Below are positions 1-11,500 of a stretch of DNA of 40,031 nt, one piece after another; position 1 is the stretch's first letter; every line of letters begins with the position of its first letter. Position numbers and translations under genes: made by a program. This DNA comes from Octopus bimaculoides (lineage: Eukaryota). The DNA lies in contig NC_068982.1 in assembly GCF_001194135.2 (NCBI RefSeq), forward strand, positions 72,980,667 to 73,020,697, in the 5' to 3' direction. The notes beneath the pieces were generated by a model. That model was not told the DNA's origin. It worked only from the letters and a program-made list of their open reading frames with translations, and made no database searches.

Positions 1-38
<38 letters not shown>
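1..38. repeat. (AC)n microsatellite
   Basis: Direct inspection. Confidence 0.98.
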
Positions 39-39
<1 letters not shown>

Positions 40-535
40 GTTGTTGTCAGTAGTTATCCTCTTTCCAAGAAATATTCTCATCAGCAAGACACCTGGCCTT
101 TATGACAGTCATTTTTCTCTTGCCAGTCCAAAACGATATCCGGCCTGTTATGTTTGCACTTAATAGAGATTTTGATTGGAATATTCCACCAATATTCTTT
201 ATTTTGATGTTTATGCATGCATTCATTAACAGAGGTTTTCTCTATATTTAGCCGGATGACATTGTATACAGCTTTAGCGACAACGTCATTTCGCATTGAG
301 GGGTAGTATCCTGATGACAATTTTGGACAGATATTTATCACATGTAATATCTTTCATTTTCGGCTACATCTTGGGGTCCCAAGGTCTTCACTGTTTCTTT
401 TGCTTAATTCATATTTTATAACTATTTCGTGCTCTTGGATTGCAAATGCATAACCTTCGAAGTGTGATGTGATGTAGGAGTCACAAATCCAAGAAAGGCT
501 GCACTTCTTGACGATATCAGTGCCATCTTAAAGCC
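39..535 (-). mobile_element. Decayed RLE-type (R4/Dong-like) non-LTR retrotransposon fragment, zinc-knuckle/endonuclease region
   Basis: Minus-strand translation gives YITSHFEGYAFAIQEHEI, INICPKLSSGYYPSMRNDVVAKAVYN and WWNIPIKISIKCKHNRPDIV. These match the CCHC and PD-(D/E)xK region of RLE LINEs, with frameshifts. Confidence 0.82.
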
Positions 536-539
536 TATG

Positions 540-1208
540 TATGTATGTTATCAATCAGTTTCATTTCTGTATTTCTTGTCAATAGAGAAAGAACCGGACT
601 CTAACATAGATTCAAGGCTCCTTCATTGGACCTTTTATCAACATCATCTAGGTATTTGTGCATATGTGTGTGTGTGTGCAGTATTTAGTGTTAGTGTATG
701 CGCAGATTTGTTTTATGGATGCATTTTTATGTACATATTTTCATGTCTAGGTGTATGCATATGTATTTATGCGCAGATTTGTATGTTTGTTTTATGGATG
801 TGCTTTTATGTATATATTTTCATTCATGTCTAGATGCATGCATATGCATTTACGTGCTAAACTTTTGGAAAGTTTTACATATCTTTACAGTTCCATTGAT
901 GGCTTGAATCTGTAGTCTTCTAATCAGCCTTTCAGGTTTTGAGAACCCTAATTTTTCCAGGTTTTTTTGTTGAGGCAGTTCGTTACATATCCCAATGCCT
1001 CAACAATCACGGGTATGAATCTGAACTTGTAGTCTGGGTGGAGTATCTGCAAATTTCTCAGTAGCTCGGCGTAGTTCTCTTTTTCTCTAAGCTTTAGTGT
1101 GATGTTGACATCCGCATGACAGCTGATTTCTACTACTGTACACGGTTTCTCTTCTCTGTCCCAGATTACTATATCCGGTCTATTATGTCTGCATTTTATT
1201 GAGGTTGT
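540..1208 (-). mobile_element. 5'-truncated 3' end of the same R4/Dong-like RLE LINE family, with 3' UTR and (ATAC)n tail
   Basis: TSIKCRHNRPDIVIWDREEKPCTVVEISCHADVN...KENYAELL...FIPVIVEALGYV, then IRRLQIQAINGTVKICKTF with a stop at ~857. The 3' UTR (540-856) has ~85-bp imperfect repeats and ends in ATAACATACATACATA. Confidence 0.88.
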
Positions 1209-1400
1209 TATGTATGTATGTATGTATGGATGGATGGATGGATGGATGGATGTGTGTGTGTGTTTGTATGTGTGTATATATGTATATGTGTGTGTGTTTG
1301 TATATTTGCGTGTATGTTTGTATGTATACATACACACACAAACGCACATGCGTGCATCTGTGTGTTTGCGTGCGTGTTTGTGTGTGTGTGTGTGTGTGTG
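1209..1400. repeat. Compound (ATGT)/(ATGG)/(GT) microsatellite
   Basis: Direct inspection. Confidence 0.95.
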
Positions 1401-1877
1401 AGCATGTGTTATTAAACCAAATATCCAGATATGTATTGTAAACACTATACTGAGATAAACTGAACAGATTTATTAACATAAGTGACGACGACGACGACTT
1501 TTATGAAGACGTCAAGTTGTAGTGACCAGGCCCATGTATAAAGTGTCATCCTGCCTGAAGCAAAACAAACGAATCATAGTCTTGGGAAAACCAATAATTC
1601 GTTGTACCATAAAGCCAACCTATATATTAATTTGTCAGATAAATCCGTTCGTCCCCCACCACTTTTTTCTCTTGGAACTTCATCGTCATATGTCTGAAAA
1701 TAGGTAAAATTCATTCAAACTTCAAAAAGGATAAACAAAAGTTATTGAGGGGAAAATAGAGCCACGAAAAAGAAAAAAGGCATAAAAGGTTACGATGAAA
1801 ACATTTTCCGTGCTAATTTAAGCATTATTGGAAAAAGTTAAAATAAACGGTAAAAAAGAAGAAATTATCTGACATGC

Positions 1878-1878
1878 C

Positions 1879-1977
<99 letters not shown>

Positions 1978-2011
1978 AATGATGGTGGTGGTGGTGGTGT
2001 TGGTGGTAGTG

Positions 2012-2062
<51 letters not shown>

Positions 2063-2099
2063 ATGATTATTATTATTATTATTATTATTATTATTGTTA
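1878..2099. repeat. Compound trinucleotide array AAT-GAT-GGT-AGT-ATT, running into a gap
   Basis: Direct inspection. Confidence 0.97.
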
Positions 2100-2697
2100 N
2101 NNNNNNNNNNNNNNNNNNNNNNNNNNNNNNNNNNNNNNNNNNNNNNNNNNNNNNNNNNNNNNNNNNNNNNNNNNNNNNNNNNNNNNNNNNNNNNNNNNNN
2201 NNNNNNNNNNNNNNNNNNNNNNNNNNNNNNNNNNNNNNNNNNNNNNNNNNNNNNNNNNNNNNNNNNNNNNNNNNNNNNNNNNNNNNNNNNNNNNNNNNNN
2301 NNNNNNNNNNNNNNNNNNNNNNNNNNNNNNNNNNNNNNNNNNNNNNNNNNNNNNNNNNNNNNNNNNNNNNNNNNNNNNNNNNNNNNNNNNNNNNNNNNNN
2401 NNNNNNNNNNNNNNNNNNNNNNNNNNNNNNNNNNNNNNNNNNNNNNNNNNNNNNNNNNNNNNNNNNNNNNNNNNNNNNNNNNNNNNNNNNNNNNNNNNNN
2501 NNNNNNNNNNNNNNNNNNNNNNNNNNNNNNNNNNNNNNNNNNNNNNNNNNNNNNNNNNNNNNNNNNNNNNNNNNNNNNNNNNNNNNNNNNNNNNNNNNNN
2601 NNNNNNNNNNNNNNNNNNNNNNNNNNNNNNNNNNNNNNNNNNNNNNNNNNNNNNNNNNNNNNNNNNNNNNNNNNNNNNNNNNNNNNNNNNNNNNNNN

Positions 2698-2731
<34 letters not shown>

Positions 2732-2869
2732 TATCTACACACAGCATGTCAAGCGTAGTGATGAACTTTGGGAAATAACATTTCCAAGTAAAACAATTCT
2801 TGAGGCTAACAGAGTTTGCGTTTGATAGAAGAATCTCGACAACACAGATTGATTTAACAATGCTGTCGT

Positions 2870-3460
2870 AGAAGCGCAGCTACGTAGTGTGGTTAAGAAC
2901 TTCGCTTCATAACTGCGTGGTCTCAGGTTCAGTCTCTCTGTGTTTTCTACTATAGCCCCCGGGGTTGACCATTGTCTTGTGCAAGAATGCTGGTAGACAC
3001 AAGGAATGTGTAAGCCCGTCGTGCGCGCGCGTTTGATTGATTGAATTTATCTCCGCTTCAAGGGGATGTGTTTTTTTATTATCAAATGGCAATTTAGAGA
3101 CTAGCTTCACTCGAGAAGGAAAGATAATCTCAAGAATGAAGAATTCTCCAGTTGCCAAACCATTAAAGAAAAGGACTAACTGACTTAGTGTCTGAAGACA
3201 AGAGGACTGTGTTGGACACATGTTTCTGCCTCAATAGACGTCATCATTGTGTGCATGAGTATCTCTATGTTTGTTCCTTACCACCGATTGCTAACCAATA
3301 TTGATTTCCTTACGTCTCTGTAACTTAACGGTCAAGTAAAAAGAGTCCCATAGAATACGTACAACACTTAAAAAGTACTGGGGTTATTTTTGGTCGACTA
3401 CAACCTTCAAGGCGGTAACCCCAGTATGACCGCTGTCCAATGATTAAAGCAATCGCCAAA
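2870..3460 (+). mobile_element. tRNA-derived SINE family A (CORE-like), old copy with ~210-bp insert in its linker
   Basis: Head (gtgtggttaagaa...ggttcagtc...ctactatagcc...gcccgtcg) and tail (gtaacttaacgg...aaggcggtaaccccagtatgaccgc) align with copies at 11985-12411 and 28150-28368. Confidence 0.75.
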
Positions 3461-3632
3461 AGTCAGTATAATAACAGTAGAAGTAGATAAGTATTATCAA
3501 AGTTACAGCAGCGTATTTTCATATTGTTTAAAAATACCAATAGATTAGTGAGACACATGTGACGGAGTGAGCTGACAAAAACGATTCCGTGTAGTCGCTC
3601 AAACTGCTAGAAACAGCTCAGAATGCCTCGAA

Positions 3633-3850
3633 TGGTCTCAAATTTTGGCACAAGGCCAGCAATTTCGGCTGAGTGTGTAATTCAATTAAATTGATCCCAG
3701 TGCTCAATTGGTATTTGTTTAATCGATCCTGAAAGAATGAATGTGAAAGTCGAACTTCAGTGGAATTTGAACTCAGAACGTAAACATGGACGAAATACCG
3801 CTAAGCACTTTGCTCGGTGTTCTAATGATTCTGCCAGCTCGCCGCCTTAT
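3633..3850 (-). mobile_element. tRNA-derived SINE family B (central domain resembles the MetaSINE domain)
   Basis: Minus strand: aaggcggcgagctggcagaatc head, gagttcaaattcc B-box, central ctttcatcc...gatcgat...taccaattgagcactggg. Repeated at 6953, 19288-20045 and 35475-35870. Confidence 0.85.
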
Positions 3851-4407
3851 AGAATGCTTTTAATAATAGGTTGGCTCGATGAGTGATGAAACTAAACATC
3901 AGAAACATCAAAAAACAAAATCTCTTAGGTTGGCACCACATGCAGTAGTCTTCTTAGATTCATGTGGCCTTTCTCCTCTAATTTTTCCCACTAGAACATA
4001 TTTTGGGTGCGCAGATTGGATTCTCTACCTCATGCTACAAGCTCTTCTATAATGCAATGATTCAATTCTTGAATCCGATTTTGACATTTACCACTAAAGT
4101 TAATATTTACATTTCTCTTTCAATCCGTGCGCGAGCGTGTGTGTGAGCGTGTAAGTGTGGGATGTGTGTGGGCGTGTGGGGTTTGGGTATGGGTGGGTCG
4201 TGGTGCATGTGTGTTTATGCCGCCATAGGAATCCGCTTACTTTAAGCATTTTGAATTAGGTTCTGGACGTATATATATATTTCCTTTCGGATATCATTTG
4301 TCTGCCTGTCAATCAGTCCCCCTCTATCTCTTTTTCGTTGTCTCTCTCGCTTTATAATATGTACAGTATCTATGTATCTATGTGTTTATATATACATACA
4401 TACATAT

Positions 4408-4452
<45 letters not shown>

Positions 4453-5255
4453 TGTGTCTTGTCTGTGTGCATATATCCCACACACGCAGACACAAATATA
4501 TTGGATTTTCTCACACGCACACACATACTCATACAAGCACTCACACACATACATAATTAAATTCTAATAATCTCAGCAGTTGCGTTTTAAGATATCCGCC
4601 TGAAGGCAATTAATAAATTGTGTTGTCATATTAACTATATTGAACATATATAACACATACATAATACATAAATACATACATACATACACACAAATAAACA
4701 CACCCATACATACATACATATAAATATGCGCATGTGTTTGCGTGTGTGGGGGGGGATTGTATGTATGTGTGTGTGCATGTATGTATACATGTATTCTCTG
4801 TGTGACATTATTGTTTAATGAATTAATTAAATAGCTAGAAGTATTAAGATCGGCTATGAAGAATTTGATTTAATGTTGCTAATATCTGAAACGTTAATCT
4901 AGCATGTTCTAAAACAGTTTAAATATAACTTTGTATGAATTCACTGATCTAAAGACATGTAAAGTTATATAGAATTACTTTATGGAATTAGACGTTCTAG
5001 CAGACAGCTATATTGGAGAATAGTATGACGTTTCATGCTGAAGGGTATTACGAATTAATTAATAAGGCAGATGTGATAGTAATTATATTCTTGAGGTGTA
5101 GAGAATAATGGAAGGTACAGTATTATTGCAAACGGTATAATAATGTACCTAAATGTATAACTACATTTTCGTTCATCGGAGCACAAGTCCCTACATTTAT
5201 TTGCACAAGAGAAAATAGGTGTTTGTGAAATGTCATGTCATGTATGTACACACAA

Positions 5256-5287
<32 letters not shown>

Positions 5288-5789
5288 ACACACACACACA
5301 CACATAGAGAGAGGCACGCGCGCACTCACGCATACACGCACACATACATAACACACACGATTAAAATTTTCTTCGGTATCTGGTGAATGCTGCATGGTAG
5401 GCTGTAATGGCATGATGGTGTGGAGAATTTTTATTGATTAAGTTTGAGGAATAGCTAATTGTTAAAATTTATTCTTGCATGTAGGGGTTTGTAATTAGCT
5501 GTGTATGTTTAAGTGTGTCAGCTTCAGGACACAGGACGTCAAAAAAGAATGTAGTTAGGTTGTTGGTCAGTAGATCTGAAACTTGGTTTGGTTGTTGTTA
5601 GTTTTATTTAGACATTATTTGGATATTTATATTTTGTTTTGAGCATTGAAGGTTAAATCTCAGAGTTCAGTCCAGTGTTATAACCTTTATTGTTTGTCAG
5701 TTGTTACGGATTGGTTTATAAGGGTTCACAAAAGAGTGTTAGTAGGTGGTAGGGTTTAGTTAGTTGGCAGGTTGGTATTATTCATTGTT

Positions 5790-6495
5790 TGAACCTGGTA
5801 TATTTCTTCTTCAATGTGTCCCTGGGAAGATCTTCGAATACCTTCTCGATCTTGGCCGCTAGCTTGGCCTTGGTGTTGCTGGCAGAGTAGCTGGTACCAT
5901 TTTCAATCGCACCCAACACATAGTAATCTATAAGATTACAATCAGGGGAATTAAGAGGCTAGAAATTCTCCGACAACCACTTCTAACTTTCTTTGGAAGT
6001 ATGCCAAAGAATCGAATTCTGTTGCCAGATATATGAACTTCCACTAGTAACCATCTCCAGCCAGAGTTTGACCATAGTCTCCAGCAGTTTCGCATAGCTA
6101 TCTGAATCCAGCCCAAGGTCCTCAAAGATGTGGGGCGGCATGAAGTCACTTTCGCTGGAGACACTCCCAAGGACCGTCACAGTTTGGGGGACTTGGTTTT
6201 CATGGTACGCGGGAGATCTCATGGATTGTAGACAAGCCACCTGTTGTTCTGGGTCATGTGCAGCATGGTCATGGCAGAAGTTCTTTACATCCGGGAGAAC
6301 CAGATCATCCCCTGTTCAACAGGATACCTCAGCTTGTTCAAGAGTTTTTTTATCTTCGTTAAGCGATTCTTTTTGGCTTTGGCTGTCAGAATTTGGCTCT
6401 TGTGCCTCATTCAGGACCAGCTTCATGGTAGCGACACCAACACATTATTGAAGACAGCGTAGAGTTGGAACCAAAGCGGACAAAAAAATATGGCA
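5790..6495 (-). mobile_element. Decayed mariner-type transposase, probably maT/DD37D-like; no TIRs found
   Basis: KLLNKLRYPVEQGMIWF; PQTVTVLGSVSSESDFMPPHIFE; YAKLLETMVKLWLE; YIWQQ(N)S..HTSKES; NSPDCNL.DYYV. The third catalytic residue is D. An internal deletion prevents counting the spacing. Confidence 0.75.
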
Positions 6496-6834
6496 GTTTT
6501 TTCTCAGGAAATATTGACTGCATCATCATCAGTGGATGGAAGGAGGATTCTGTAAAGTTGGAAGTGATGTTTTTAGCAAGGATCGGTTTTAACGTGGGAT
6601 ATTGGAGAGCTTGTAGGCTGTATGATATATAAAGATATGCTGCACGTTTCAGATGATAGCTTGGCAAGAGTTTCAGTGCAGAGTAAGAGCTGTCCAGTTC
6701 GTAGAGGCGGGGATTTTCTTCAAGATTTATTCGTAGACTATGTTCTATGAGTGAACTGTTATAAGGTCTGGTCTTGTGTAAGATGTGAAGAGACATTTTA
6801 ATTTTTAAAATCGTTTAATCATTTTTAAGTTACC

Positions 6835-7185
6835 CACTTTCGCGCTCGATAAAATAAATACCAATTGAGCACTGGGGTCGATGTAATCGACTAGACCCCT
6901 CTCCCCAAATTTCAAGTACTGTTATTATTCTTGTTGTTGTTATTCTTGCTGCTTAGGCGGCGTGCGGGCAGAATCGTTAGAGCGTTGAACAGAATGCTTG
7001 GCGACATTTCTTTTAGCCCTGCTTTCTGACTGAGTCCAAATGCCACCGAGGTTGACTGCCTTTTATCGTTTCGGGATCGATAATATAAGGTACAAGTTGA
7101 GCACTGGGGTCAATGTAATAGACTTCTCCTTTCTTCTTTTTTCCTTCAAAATTGCTGGCCTTGTACCAAAATTATAAAGACCTAT
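6835..7185 (+). mobile_element. SINE family B: partial copy (6835-6915) and full copy (6953-7185)
   Basis: Matches other B copies: ggcggcg..ggcagaatcgttag head, gagcactggggtcgatgtaatcgac, aaattgctggccttgtaccaaaa tail. Confidence 0.85.
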
Positions 7186-7790
7186 TTTTCTTTGTCTTAC
7201 GAAAGTATTCTATCTATTTATGTATGTATGTATGTATGTATGTATGTATGTATACAGTACACACACACATACATATCTACCCTTATAAGTATCCATTTTA
7301 CCTATGTATCTATTCTAATTAACTGTCCTTACTTTTTCGATATATTGTCTATATATATGTATCTAAATAGTTTGGTTATGCGTTTGCCTGGATATCTTTA
7401 TATAATTTCCTACACACCAGTTGTGGTATCAAACGTTTATACTTTTAATCTCCACATTCTGGTGATCTCTATTTCCAGATGTTTAATATTTTGGCTATTT
7501 TCATATGTATAGTCGTCTGTGGGAATTTATGAATGAATTAGACATCGCATTTCTTTATGCTATTTAACAATATTTTTTACTGGACGATTTGTCTTAATCT
7601 CTAATTCTATATTCATTGGCATGTCCCAAAATACGATAATGATGTAATTTTCCGAGAGATTTCGGCGAACATTTTGTAGTTTCACAATGCTGCCATACTT
7701 TCCTGGGTATAAAACCATCTATAAATATCAAACTTGAACAAACACAAGCGCACATACACACATGTAGATATGTATAAAGATATATATTTC

Positions 7791-7839
<49 letters not shown>

Positions 7840-7842
<3 letters not shown>

Positions 7843-7905
7843 CGGCGGTGCCCCAGAATGACCGCAGCTATGAAGCTGAAACAATTTAAAGATTACAGAT
7901 TTCAA
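7840..7905 (+). mobile_element. SINE family A tail fragment
   Basis: ggcggtgccccagaatgaccgcag...gctgaaac matches the tail at 28315-28355. Confidence 0.7.
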
Positions 7906-8215
7906 GATNNNNNNNNNNNNNNNNNNNNNNNNNNNNNNNNNNNNNNNNNNNNNNNNNNNNNNNNNNNNNNNNNNNNNNNNNNNNNNNNNNNNNNNNNNNN
8001 NNNNNNNNNNNNNNNNNNNNNNNNNNNNNNNNNNNNNNNNNNNNNNNNNNNNNNNNNNNNNNNNNNNNNNNNNNNNNNNNNNNNNNNNNNNNNNNNNNNN
8101 NNNNNNNNNNNNNNNNNNNNNNNNNNNNNNNNNNNNNNNNNNNNNNNNNNNNNNNNNNNNNNNNNNNNNNNNNNNNNNNNNNNNNNNNNNNNNNNNNNNN
8201 NNNNNNNNNNNNNNN

Positions 8216-8275
<60 letters not shown>

Positions 8276-8769
8276 ATGCGTATCGGTCATGAGATGGTTG
8301 AATGCCTTGTCAGCATGTGTATATACATTCTGCGCTCTTCCTACAGCAGTAAGAGTATCTTAACTCTTATTTCTAGCAATGTAGGTGCTCCAGCATCTTT
8401 GGTTACACTTAGTGACGGTTGAACGAGCAACATCGCGAATAACCTTTAAGATCTATGATGGTGATATATCAGTGTTAATGACCATAACTAAAGTCACTGA
8501 TACCTTAACACTCTTCGGAAGCCATTATAAACGTTAAAGATTACTTATGAGTGTTACGCTATCCCTGATGATATGATAATGTAATGATATGATAATGTAA
8601 TTCCTATTATGACTCCGGTTATTATTGAGATGTAAGATGATGTACTAAGTAACTTAACTACAAGCTGCCCAGTTTTCTTTCTATATATGGAAACTAGTGA
8701 AATCAGGAGTTCTATATACTGGCTATATGTCATACAATTTTAAATTTCAATCACACTACACGCACGCAC

Positions 8770-8831
<62 letters not shown>

Positions 8832-9939
8832 TATATTACATATGTGTGCATATATATAAAAGATTCGAAGAATCAAACGTAATTTGGGGTTAACTCTCTC
8901 GCTGGAGATCCGGCTGTCAGGTAACACAGTGCTTAAATTCAGGATACAATTTAACTTGACTACTTCCTAAATCCAGGAAACACAAGTGTGGAGTGTACGA
9001 TTGTTGTAAAGTAGGTTTCTCCCACTGGTGTGATGTGTGACTGCCGTTGTACTATAGTTGCTGTTTTTCGCTAGTAGTCACAATAGTTACTAGTCATCGG
9101 GTACTGTTGTATCTCTTCGTATCGGATACTGTTGTATTTCGTCGTACACTAACTTCCATCTTACTATTGCTGATAGCTCCACAAAACACGGACTAGAATT
9201 GTCAACTCTCAGCACTTCGTCTCTCGACCCTCTCTTGACGACCGGCTATGGTCTGTTTATAATGGCTGTCTCCTACTACTTTTTACCGGAAGGGGTATAC
9301 AGTTTCACGATACAGCAACAATAATAATCAATTAAAATCATCCAAAAGTGTGAGGTAAATAACATTTAATTCCGTCTGCACTGTGAATATAGCTTCGAAT
9401 CAAAGTCGATGATGTAATGAAGGCAAATTATGAAACGGCTGTAACCATACAAGTCTAAATCTTATTTGCCTCTCACTTCTGCTGGATTTAATTCATTGCA
9501 TATACATAAAGTTCGTGTTGACTGGAACTTCAAATTTCACCCAATGGCTTATGCAATACTTCTGAACAAGTCGTTTGGCAAAACTTGAAGCCATAATCAA
9601 CACCAACTACAATAAATTTGCTTCTACTTTCTTACTCTCAGTATTGTGTCACCCCAGCAGTAAATGTTCCGTTGTTATTAGGAAAAATATCTTTAAAATA
9701 ATAACCTAATTTACATCCTCACAACCACAAAGATACATATATGGATAAATATTCTTGTGTGTGTATGCGTGTATGTGTGTTTGTGTGTACATATGTATAC
9801 ATCTATACATGTGTGTGTGTGTGTGCGTGTGTATTTTTTTTATCTTAAGCAAGCGTAATCGGGATTGATGCGATTGGTTGTTTCTTCCGAAGCTATATGT
9901 TTTCTGTTATTATCTTTCCCGTTTTGGCTTCGTTACATA

Positions 9940-10790
9940 TTTCTAGAACTCTCAGTCCCCTGAGAAGACTGTTTCGAGAAGATAAACGAGAGTAAGAGGA
10001 GGAAATACGCTGAGTAAACGGAATTATGCTAAAGCAATGAATGGCAAGCAAGGTGTGATCTCGTCGAGGTGGAATGTAGTTGGTTTGCAGGTCAGTCCCT
10101 CTGAAAAGCTTACAGCATGCTTGGCATCACAGAGGCCAACACACAGAAAGCCATAAGGTTGGCTGTGCAGACAGCAGAGTTTGCCACAAGATCGCTGTGG
10201 ATTAGGAGTTGCAAGTCCAAGAAGGGACAGTGTTACCAAGGATAGTGCGAACTGTACGCAAGCTGGAGCTTGATCAACCCCGGCTGGGTTACCCGGTTAA
10301 AAACGTGTGATGTTGAAAGACTTCAAACACCAAATCACATCCTGGAAGCATCACTGATTGTATAGTACAGTAAGACCACGGGGATACGTCGTTAGTAGGG
10401 TTAGTAGGAGAGGTTAGAACGCCAAAGAAGGAGGGTGGAATACTATAACTGAATAAATTAAGAGAAGTTAAGAGAAATTAAAAGAAGTTAAAAGCAATTA
10501 AGAACAAGACAACAAAAGATGAAAGGTTTTTTTAGAAATCTTTTCAGAAATCTCAAAAGCGTCTTAGAGAAAAAATTGCTTTTAACTTCGTTTTAACTTC
10601 TCTTAATTTATTCATTTACAGTATTTCATCCTCTTTCTTTACCTTCCAAGCCCCTCCTACTAACAGTGTTACCCTGTTGTTTTACTATACTATAACCATG
10701 TTGTTATACTATACCATAACCATGTTGCCTGAGAGACACCAGCACATTATCATCACTGATTGTGTCCAGATGCATCACAGGATGATGTAT
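9940..10790 (+). mobile_element. 3' end of a HERO-like RLE non-LTR retrotransposon; 3' UTR split by an insertion
   Basis: LELSVP*EDCFEKINESKRRKYAE...WQARCDLVEVECSWFAGQSL*KAYSMLGIT...KAIRLAVQTAEFATRSLWIR. This matches the recalled HERO C-terminus (ELTVPWE...W.ARC.PVEVGCRGF...AIK..EAAE.ASRWLW.KR). The 3' UTR resumes at 10751. Confidence 0.8.
10361..10694. repeat. ~335-bp imperfect palindrome (MITE/foldback-like), arms ~120-140 bp
   Basis: 10400-10499 pairs with 10574-10664, and 10361-10390 pairs with 10665-10694 (21/30 identity). Confidence 0.88.
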
Positions 10791-11354
10791 GGGAAACCTG
10801 ATAGTTTCTGCTGGGAAAGCTTCTGGCTTACACCTCATTCGCACCAACCGTTTCATTTTCAGCTTTAAGTCTTACATTTCTCAACCAGATCTGAGTTTTT
10901 CTTTATCAACATCAGCTTCACTCAATCTTCAGAATGTAAAGGCTTTTCTTGTTCATGTGACATGTTCTAATCTCCTTTATAGCTTAATTTTTATTTTATG
11001 CAATAGTTTCTATATTAAAATGTATCCATTGTTTTTTCTCTTCCTCCACCTCACAGAAGTCTATTACTTCATCCAGTGAAAGTTAAGTTGTATCCTGAAT
11101 TTAACTACTGTTTCATATTTGTTTATTCGAAAACAGAAAATAATTAATTTTTGTACTATACTAGGGCTTTACTTGTGGCTACGCTGCCGGAAAAGAAAAT
11201 ATTTGTTAATTATACACGTACCTTCTTTTAATAGTAGATTGTTATATAGAGAAAGTCTCGTTAGTTACTATGATGACAACAGTCTACTTATTTATCTATT
11301 TGCACACACACGTGCGCGCGCACACAAACACACACACTCAGACACACATATATA

Positions 11355-11500
11355 GGTGTGGTTGTGTGGTAAGAAGTTTGCTTCCCAACCACATGGTTCC
11401 TGGTTCAGTCCCAGGCAAGTGTCTTCTACTATAGCCTCGGGCCAACCAAAGCCTTTGGGAGTGGATTTGTCAGACGGAAACTGAAAGAACCCTGGCGTAC
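11355..11500 (+). mobile_element. SINE family A head
   Basis: gtggttgtgtggtaagaag (A-box-like), ggttcagtccc (B-box-like), ggcaagtgtcttctactatagcc (CORE-like). Confidence 0.9.

Noticed and set aside
1610-1830. INLSDK...LG peptide resembling a PLE pre-RT motif
   Set aside because: Only a few residues match and the frame closes quickly.
9405-9450. Hammerhead-ribozyme-like text (tgaagg...gaaac); also ctgatgag at 15958 and ctgaag at ~5525 (minus)
   Set aside because: The CUGAnGA/GAAA core and stems cannot be completed.
11355-11420. tRNA-like sequences at SINE heads (also ~12340, ~38400 and others)
   Set aside because: They have A/B boxes but no complete cloverleaf, and run straight into SINE bodies.
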